DNA of 64,000 nt, taken from NCBI GenBank assembly GCA_030141605.1, contig JAQGDQ010000200.1, forward strand, positions 338,227 to 402,226, given 5' to 3'. A program made the position numbers and the translations under genes. The notes under the pieces were generated by a model. That model had not been told where the DNA came from and searched no databases. It was given only the letters and a program-made list of their open reading frames with translations. Source of the DNA: Tubiluchus corallicola. Taxonomy: Eukaryota; Animalia; Priapulida. How positions within the stretch are numbered: position 1 is the first letter of the stretch; every line of letters begins with the position of its first letter. Shown piece by piece: positions 54,570 through 64,000 of the stretch.

Positions 54570-55640
54570 TGTGCTATTTATTTTCATTTAAATAATGAAA
54601 ATTATTATTAAAGGTGCAAAGTTGGTAACATTTATGTTGGATCCTTGGGCAGATAACTTAACTCTTTTGGCTGCGAGAGTGAGAGTTTTACAAAGAATGC
54701 TTCCAATATGCAAAGAATATGCCAAACAATTTGATTTGGTTAATGTCCAGGGTACCGAAATGAAAAGCAATGCAGTAGATCTCAGGGGAATTCATTAAGC
54801 CTAATCTAACTGCACACTGCTGTACAACGTGCCATTAACCTGGGCAGATGAAGTACTTACTTAGGTCATGTAATTACATTTAAGGGATGACGCCAAAGTT
54901 CTTCATAAACGGAGTGACTTCATTTTCCATGCCAATAGCGTATGTGCTAACTTTTCATTTCTATGTTCTGATTTAAAATGTAGACTACTTCAAGTATATA
55001 GTCTCCAGGATACTACGGATGCCGGAGTTGGAAGGTGAATAATCCAAAAATACATTTTATTAAAACAGCTTGGAATATAGCTATCCATAGACTTTTACAA
55101 AAGGCACACTTATATTCTGCCTCGCACTGCTGGTACCATTCAGCTGACCAAGCACTTTACAAAACGATTTATTAAATTCCATGTACAATGTAGTACGTAA
55201 AAGCAGTAATAACACGACAATTAACTTTTTAGCCAAACAACGTTATATGACGTAAACTCAATAATGTGTTTCAACTTGTACAAAATTGTTATGGAAAATA
55301 ATGTGACTCTGAAAGATGTGTTTAGAAATTTTCCATTCATCTGTTAAGCTTGTGAAAGGATGCAATTTATCTCCTATGCAGCTAGCCACACAAGCTTAAC
55401 AAAAGATTGTATAAGCTGTATAGAAAACAGGAATTTTAATTTTTTATCAAAGACTCGATTAAGAGAAATATTAGAGTATGCAGTGTCTTTGTCCTCTTAT
55501 ACATAAATAATATCTGTGTTTGCTTTTTATTAACAATGTTTAATATTTATTTTAATTTTGCCACTAGCCTACATGTCTTTTTTTAATTCAACCACTTGTG
55601 TATCTGTACATAAGCGTGTGAAAATAAATGATGTTAATAA
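54570..55640 (+). mobile_element. Decayed non-LTR retrotransposon reverse-transcriptase fragment
   Basis: ADNLTLLAARVRVLQRMLPICKEYAKQFDL (YADD region), YLGHVI, ANSVCANFSFLCSDLKCRLL and KTAWNIAIHRLL appear across frameshifts. Ends gtgtgaaaataaat. Confidence 0.72.
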
Positions 55641-57357
55641 TCATAACGGTAAGTAAAAACAAACTTGAAATCATTGCACTATTAGAAACAGCACTTCCTA
55701 ACTTCAGGGTAGATATCTAAAATAAACAAATGTTGATTTTCACATCAGTTTAACAGCATCATTATAAAGTTTAGCGATGAATTACAATAAACTTTTTACC
55801 TACAAATCCTTCACCCATAATTTGAAACGACATTCAGTTTTCACATACAATGGAAACGGTACGCTAATAAGACCAATTGAAGGTTAATGAAAAGCAAAAC
55901 AAAAGCCTCCAAAATCTAAATATCCCTTACATGTTCTTTCTTTGGTCAGGTTACTTTGGTCAGAGCATAAAACAGCGAAAGATTCAAGCTGGTTCAAAAA
56001 CACGTAATAGTTTGTGAATTATTCTTAGCCACATAAAGCATTTTTTTTGGTAGACCAACAGTTTCAAAGTCCTAGACAAAAATGTTGCAACAAAAGTAGT
56101 TATTTCAATTTCAAAATGCATTAAATGTCTGCCAGCCTAGTTGCTTGGCATTACTGCACTAAACTTTACTTTAGGGTGTCCCATTTAATGATTGACAAAA
56201 ATTATCCTCTTCCTAGTGTAATCTATCCACCCCCTGCCAAGTACAGTCAGTCTGCAGTTGCGACCAGATACAAATGAGTGTTTAAAGAAAACAACAGAAT
56301 TAGACGACAGCAACTTTTAATAATGAGATCTGATAAGCAGCACATAATTATGTTGTTTTTAGGAGAAAGAATAAATTTTTTTTTCTTATAAAAGCATAAA
56401 TCTCATGAAAGGTTTAGCAAGCACTAACTTTAAATTCCACAGCATTGTATATCAGCATAAAGTCCACAAAAATGCAAATTTTAAAAAAGTTTCTGCTGTG
56501 GACCAACTCTCTAATGTTATATTCTGACACATGACAAAATGAAATTACATGTATGCTAGAGACAGACACACATCATGCATGGTCTATAAAAACACAATTT
56601 TATAATCTTTTTAAAAGTTGTCCTTTGATTAATAAGCTTTCCTATATTGATCAATGGTCGATCACATAAAAGGTACATAATAATTCAGTATCTCTAATCT
56701 TGAACTTTGGAAGGCAATCATGAGCTATTTTATATGAATAGCTCTTATACTTGATAAAAATGACGCATTTTAAATCAGGTTACTAGATTAGCAATGGCCA
56801 CACTTGCACAGATTATAATAACTAGTAGGCCCACAGTATGGCATATATGAGTGCAGTGTGGTACGCAAATGAGATAATACTGGATCAAGTCAGTATTAGA
56901 CAGGTGTTGCCCTGGCTAATCTACAACTAATCATTAAAATATATGGCAATTCAGCAATTGATATTGCGTCTACATATCTGTTGCCTGTGCCAATGCTGGT
57001 CTTGCTGGCAAAGTTCTTTGAATACGAAGTAAAAAATACGTTAACCACTGCTGCATGCCAGGTTTTCTCAGCACTTAGTTTAAAAAAAGGCTATCATGAG
57101 CACATTAATGACCATAAACAAAAAACTGGTCATGCCAAAAAAAAATTTCACTACTAATGCATAAAAATGGCACAAAAAACATTTACAAAGGCTATTATTC
57201 AGAGTGTTATGCCCACATACGTACATGGCATAGAAGCCCTCCTAAGTCCACTTTAAATGTATCTTCAGGCTATGAATATTGTTGTGCGATAAAACAGTAC
57301 AATAAATCATGAATTCTAATGAACATTTTGACTGAATGAGTCAAAAACTTAGCATAC

Positions 57358-57459
57358 CTTTGTTGGACTTGTGTTTGTATATAGAGCATTTTGTTTAATT
57401 GCCGTAAGGTTGTTGCCAGTCCAGTTATCCTCGGGGGCACCATTTGCGTTGTCCTCCAT
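57358..57459 (-). CDS. PAPSS: Candidate alternative PAPSS first coding exon, distal (MEDNANGAPEDNWTGNNLTAIKQNALYTNTSPTK)
   Basis: aaaagATGg start, 34 open codons ending at AAG|gtatgc donor in phase 0. No homology support. Confidence 0.42.
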
Positions 57460-58431
57460 CTTTTAAAATTTACAACCGAGATTTTTAAAATGATGTGCAC
57501 TAAAACTTTGAGATTCCAGGAGAAGCTTCAAGTAACTAGAGATTTTACTCGAAAAATGGAAAAGTCTGCAGACCTAGGATGACAGATCAGACTAGAAAAC
57601 TTATGCACTGAGTCTGCAAAACCGTTGAAACCGAGGCTTAAATTTATCGCAAACTTCCGTTGATTTTTTCCCAAACTGAAATTTCAGTTTTGAAACAACA
57701 ATAAAACTGCACTGCAACAAATAAATGCTAGTCCACACTGTGATTCTTAAATAGCAACACAAAAAGACAATAATATCACAGATTAGTTATTGTCTATGAT
57801 CCCTGAGTTGAGTAGTACAAATCTTAAACTCGCTGAGATTCTAACAATGGCAGACAATATGGCTCTTCTGTGGCAGGTAGCTAGTAGCAGCTATTCTTCT
57901 AGCAGGACCAAGTAGACGTTTACGTTTTGGCAAACTCGGCTTCAAGATACAGAATTAGGTGCAATTAGAATGTCAGCATGCATCAAACCATGCAGTCATC
58001 ACCAAAACTGTCAAATGCAAAAAAATATGAATAAACACATCCACAACAAATGAATAATAATCATAACATTATCAGTCAATTATGAACATTTTAAACAGTT
58101 AAAAACAAAATTAGAGAATTTTTGTAACTAATAAACATGACTCATGAATGTTTCATGCAAATTTAGACATTCTGCAATATTATAGAAAAAAAGAAAGACA
58201 TTTACAAAAAACATTTGCAGCTAAAGTGATTAAAACAAAATTTTTTAGCAATTCTTCAACCAATTATTGCAGTTCAAACCTAGGCAAACGTTTCTCTGCA
58301 ATTTTATAAGGTCTTTAAAATAAATTACTTGTAAATATAATTAGCTATTAAATAACCATCGAGTGTCTTGAAATGTAAGCAGGACAGTGGTGACACCTAC
58401 AGTAAGGAAACAGCAGCAATAAACATAAACA

Positions 58432-59126
58432 TAGGGTTACCATATTGTCTGAGTTGAAAAAGAGGACACTTTTTCACATACTTGCAAGTAGGCAAAAATG
58501 ACCAGTCTAGGGTCTATTAAAACAATGCAAAATAAAATGCAAATTATACAAATAGGCCTACATGTATTCTAATAGCAATACCAAATGGCTATACTGCAGA
58601 AAACATTAACACACTGCAACTGTTAGTCACCTGCTTCTTCTTGGCTCTCAGAAACAGTTACGCTTGAACTTGACTGAGCCCTAGGATGAGACCAAGAATC
58701 GTTTCGGCATTGCTACTTTCTAATTAACTTTTACCAGTTGCTCAAAACTGCAAAACGGCGAAACTATACAAATTTAAAGAAATTCACATAAAAATAAACA
58801 AAATGGCTCCTGGAAGCTGACGTCATTTTAAATCTTTAGCGAATATGCCGAGTATCGACAGCGGTGTGAGTCATGTGTTGTTCAGTAAATATGTACACAA
58901 AGCTTTTACAAGGGTTGCATTTTGAGATGTTAGCAACATCTTGTATTGAAAATTAAAGAGCTTTTCTTTGTCTCGTACTGTCGTATGCCTCTGCAGTTGG
59001 CAACGTCCATACATACTTACGGATTGAGGCAAAACCCGGACAAACTGCCGATTTTTTGAAAACCCACCTGGACAAAGGCCCAAAAAGAGGACGTGTCCAG
59101 GGAAACCCGGACGTATGGTAACCCTA
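58432..59126 (-). mobile_element. Second deletion derivative of the same hAT (Blackjack-like) family, inverted orientation
   Basis: TIRs tagggttaccata / tatggtaacccta. Both ends are homologous to 46760-47281. Degenerate 8-bp TSD cataaaca / caaaaata. Confidence 0.82.
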
Positions 59127-61812
59127 CAAAAATATGTTCATTATAAAATTTCCTGGTTAAACAGATGAGTAACATTTGCTTAGGTACGATCTTCAAAAAG
59201 ATATTAAAGATATTAATTTCGGCATACATGCATATACATTATCTATTATGAAACAGTTGTGAATATTCAATGTTGTAATATAAAAAAATCAATCTATTCA
59301 TGCATGCAACTGAATACAAAAGACAAACTACTCATACATTTCGTAAGTGTCAATTGGCTTTCACTGTATTGTGGTGCATCCTATTTCAATTATTTAATAC
59401 AAAAGTTAATGAAGATCTTGTAAAAATTAAAAGCACTCCAAGTGCATTAACAAAATTTTTGTGGACATGCTATAATTTAATAAATTAAGAAAAAAGTCAA
59501 TGAGATTAACGCATCAAAAACTAGTGAAAAAATTCACTCTTTGTAGCCAGGAACACCAACAATAAATTGTTTTCCATTTTTTGTTTTGTGAGTTTAATTT
59601 TGTTAAAAGTCTTCTTGAATTAAAAACAAACAAACAAACAAACGTTTGAAGATGAAATGCCAATAATGCAATAAACTAAGTGTCAAAATTAGATTAATGT
59701 TTCCACAAATAAAGTGCTAATTTCAGACAATCACTGAGCAGACAGAAGGCCAAATCTTTCATAACTTTCAGTTTATATTCTAGCACTTATGAGAAACCAA
59801 AAGCCAAGATTCATCAATAGTATCACAATAAAATTCTGCTGACAGAAACACAATAATTATATTTCACAAAACACTGACTAATAGAAATTAATAGTATACA
59901 TTTCTTTGAATCTGCAGTTGCAACCACTGGTTACAGTTATAACATTACATTAAAAATGCATTTGCAGCAGCATGTCCTGCGCAATTCACTGCCTACCGGT
60001 TACCAAGTTGGTTGCCAGCAAGCTGAATAATTATTCATTTAACATCTGCTACTAATCAATGATTTACTCAACTAGATACTCTAAACTCACAGCTTTAAAT
60101 TATACATACATACAAGAAAGTTGAAAAACAGCCTTTTTATGAATCATGAAAAATGCCAAAAAAGACTAACAATGCCTGATTAATAACACTAATCTTTATC
60201 TTAGTTGGCTTCATAGTAAATACAAATGATCTGTAAGGTACTTTCATAAGTGCAGTATATTGCAGTTGCATATCTACTTGTAAATAAAGAAAGCCACAAC
60301 TGAACTGATACCACTCAACACAAACCACAATATTAAACTGAAAGATGTTATTAGGTGAAAACTTTTAAGAAACCTTAATGATAGCACCAGTCAATAAGCA
60401 CTATAAAACAGAATCACACCTGAAAATCACGGTCCTGAAAATAAAATCACACTGTCGCATAATTTCCACCTCTTCGCTGACCAGCGCTCAAAGAGTTGAG
60501 ACAGCCTCCAGGCAACTCACACAATACATTTTGAAACTGGTCTAGCAAAACAGTGGCCAACACTTCCTTGTTGCGGGTAGAATACAGAATTGCAGTTATT
60601 GCTAATTGTTAAACTGTGACAGATTGTGTGATAGATGTGTATGCATGATATACTGTGGACAATTTGGCTCAGCATAAAGATAGAAACTGTCTGTGACAGG
60701 CAGCATATATTATGTCCATTCACTAATCACAAGTTTAGTGCATTTGTAACCTGGAAGAATTATTACTGACATATAATTAGACTTAAAAAATTAACTTAAT
60801 TATTATCAATATTTTCTATAGAAATTGTTATTTGTTATTTATAATGCCTGCACGGCTGCCAGGCAGGTTTTCAAGCTGAGCAAAAAAGCGACATTTAAGT
60901 AGATTTGAGAATTTTGTATTTCCTTGGGCCAAAAACCTCACATTTTTTCACCAGCACAGCTGGCTAGTTTTTGGAATTTGAACAGTAGTTATGTAATTTT
61001 ATCAAGCATAAATAGTATGTCAAATGAGTTGCTACACCTTTACATATAATTGATTGGGATACATTTAGTCTAAGGGCTTGTAACTTTTATCAAGATGTCA
61101 CGCACGCTTGATGTTTATATAAATTTGCATTTGTATTTTTAATGTATGGCAACATATAAAAAACATATGTAATGCATGAGAATGGTGTAGAATAATGGTT
61201 AAAGAGCACATCATGATAACTCAGATGAGTATAGGATAAGCTCTATGATAACAGCCTTTTCAAAATGCATTTGAATCTAAATCCTAGTCATTTTGAAACT
61301 TAACTCTCTCTGGAAACATAAATGTAATTCAAACTCTACACATCTAACTATGACAGTATTTCCTCATTGTAAGTTTGCAAGCACCATGGTGAAAACAAGC
61401 TAATTAGCAACTCTTTAGTGAACTACAAAAATTGACGCAGCACAGTTACATGTAACAGGTACTATACAGAGTATCACGACCCACTTGTTTGCATCCCTGG
61501 CTTTGCAGACACACTTGGACCCACAATTCTACAACATCAGCACAAAAATCAATAAGTTCTAAAGATTTCCTGACTCTGCAATATATAGATCACAAGTGAC
61601 GTTTAGAGCTGCTCACCTCGATACTTTGTGACTATTAATAATTACAAAACGTACAGTCTAACGTTCATTCATACAGTCATGCATAACGATCGAAAGCGTT
61701 ATGCTGTACAGAGTATAGTATCTGAAATATCTTATTCCAGTATGTTAAGTCTCAATATAGCATGCCACATTTCTACATGTAGCGAGCAGTAACAATAAAA
61801 TTATTAGGAAAC

Positions 61813-62010
61813 TTTAAGTAGACAGCAGGATTTTTATTAATTTTGAATGGACTGAGCTGTTCGTGTTGCTCCCGCTTGCTTCAATCCACGGTGATACTTG
61901 ACTAAGTGCTTTTTGATTGAGAAACCTAACAAGTCGTATTTCTTCTAGCCTTTCTAAGTACCGAATATCGAATTAATATTACAGGTGCCCCAAGCACCAC
62001 ATTTCACCAT
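61813..62010 (-). pseudogene. Frameshifted THAP zinc-finger domain remnant (likely DNA-transposon derived)
   Basis: MVKCGAWGTCN / DIRYLERLEEIRLVRF / WIEASG / HEQLSPFKINKNPAVYLK across frameshifts matches the layout I recall for transposon THAP domains (C-x-W-G-T-C...W...HEQL...VCSKHF). Zinc ligands are partly lost. Confidence 0.55.
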
Positions 62011-62734
62011 TCTATACTCTCTTTCACTGCTATTTAATAAATTTAATAAGTAAAATCAACCATGAGCACACACTTTCCCTGTATATTAGTATGCGCTTCA
62101 CATGCAAATACCAGTTAGCTTGGCGCCAGTTTTCTGTTTTACAATTTATTTATTTTTTTATCCCAATCAAAAAATATATAAAAATGAATATAAATTCATT
62201 AACCAAATAAATGGGAAAGGATGGCAAAAAAGTAGGTTATCAAATCAGCCACTCCAAATTGAGTGTGTAAAATTAGTGTTCTGCAGGACTGTATGTATAA
62301 ATTGCAGAAAATTGACAGAAAATACTGTCATGCTTGAAGTAACTTTTACTTGACTAAGAATTTTACTTTGTAAACTAAAACAAAAAGAGAAAAATATAAT
62401 ATCATGCAGTTAATGCTAACAGTAACTATAATGGTAGAATACACATTAAAACTTTATTAATGGATGAAATGACAATAGATAATGAACGACGAATAAAACT
62501 GATAAATGAAAAATAAATAAAAAAAACTTTGCACATGAGGTGTAGGGCACGAGCCCATATACTGCATTTGCGGTACTATGCACGTACATTCTCTCACTCT
62601 CTAACTTTAAATTTTTTTCTTTTTTCCTGTTGCACTCTGAAGTATGGTATATACCTTTAATTAATTGTTAGTTTGTAACAATTTGTCTAGTTACAATAAC
62701 ATTGCAATAATTTGTTTACGCATTAGTTAATATA

Positions 62735-63610
62735 CAGTAGGCGCCGCTTAATAGACTGTCAGTTAATAGACTCAACTGCTTAATTGACTCAAAAACACCT
62801 GGTATGGGCCGCTTCTATTCAAATGTATGTATAAACTGTCGGTAATTGACTCAAACAACTCCACATAATTGACTCAATATTTTTCCTCCACATACTTAAA
62901 ATAAGACATTTGTATGTGCCCAGAGAGCCTTTCCTACTTTTATGTCATCTTTATCTTGCTTTTGTGCACTATAATATATGCAGAAACAATCATCTTACGT
63001 AGGGGCCTACAGCTTTGTTTGTAACCAGGTACGTTTATCATGCACTAATATACTAGCGTAATGGTTTTGCATTGAATCTGTTACCCGCTCGTCCACTGCA
63101 ATTAACCCATTACGCAAGAATTTCTGGAAGCTAAATATTTAGTCACATGTCACAGTTTCCTTTTGAAGCTGCCCGTTGGAAATCACGCTTAATCAGTTAA
63201 CAGTCAAAGATGCAGGTACAGTAATCAGCCAGTATCAGATGAAACCACTTGTGACGAAACGAGGGCATCACCAATTGCAGCTCATTCATGCCAAGTGCTA
63301 AATGTTTTGCGAGAATACATGCATCACACAGCAACAGATTTTCAACGTTTTATAATTGTGAGAACTTTGTGAGCCAACTTCTTCACTATAAAATGAAGCA
63401 GCCAATTTTGCAAGAATTTTTTCAATTTTTGCCTATAATTAGACTTGTGTGATTTAGAAAAGAATACTTTTTAATTTATTGCTAATTCGCTTATATGCTG
63501 GTGACTCATACTATACCAGTAATACAACATCCATCGGTTAATAGGTTCAGTCCGTTAATTGGGTCCAAACACTTCGGTCTCAAAGTGAGTCTGTTAAGCA
63601 GCACCTACTG
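62735..63610. mobile_element. pogo/Tigger-like non-autonomous DNA transposon
   Basis: TA-flanked 23-bp TIRs cagtaggcgccgcttaatagact / agtctgttaagcagcacctactg, with subterminal ttaat-gact repeats. Confidence 0.78.
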
Positions 63611-64000
63611 TATTATTATTATTAAATAAACACATGAGAACAGATGCTGCCACTTGGGTAAACTTGGCTCAGTTTCTGACAAATTCTGATGCAGTATTTG
63701 GGCAGCTTGTTTACTGCATGTGTTATATGAGCCAGCCCACATACCACAGCTGGACTATACAGCGCACTGTATAGTGCATTAAATGGCACCTTACATGAGA
63801 GGTCTTGTAGAAGTCAAAGTTATTCTAGAGTAGAAAGTTACAAGACCAGAATAAAACCACTTACTGCAAGGGCAAAGCCCATTTTTAGAATAGAATAGTA
63901 GTTAGACAGAAGTCATTTACCTACAGCTATAGCGATTTTACAGATTTATAAGCTAATTACAAATTAAATGCATTTATTATCATTTTCCTTTCATTCACCA

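Noticed and set aside
60521-60750. Further upstream PAPSS coding exon (ttccag| ... |gtgagt on minus)
   Set aside because: Its open frame ends in phase 2, incompatible with the phase-0 acceptor, and the peptide is unrecognisable. At most it is a UTR exon.

Overview
AT-rich, intron-rich eukaryotic DNA, most likely from an invertebrate bilaterian animal. It holds two complete spliced genes arranged tail-to-tail. On + is a high-affinity Na+/Cl- choline transporter (SLC5A7/CHT1; 8 coding exons, 20750-32760, about 575 aa). On - is a bifunctional PAPS synthase (PAPSS, APS kinase + ATP sulfurylase; about 629-644 aa, 38601-52035). All exons were joined by hand and intron phases agree. PAPSS has an obligatory GC-AG intron, a candidate 45-nt in-frame cassette exon flanked by a perfect TACTAAC and GCATG motifs, and a second candidate first coding exon at 57358-57459. 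SLC5A7 has a duplicated exon end that forms a potential poison pseudo-exon, and an ENaC-like PPPPYNSL tail motif. The rest is intronic or intergenic and filled with transposon relics: hAT-Blackjack-like, pogo/Tigger-like and Tc1/mariner-like MITEs, LINE RT fragments, two tRNA-derived SINE families, a decayed THAP domain, a foldback repeat and microsatellites. I found no prokaryotic features or CRISPR arrays, and no wholly new system that the sequence can prove. The best candidate for undescribed biology is the modular PAPSS N-terminus.
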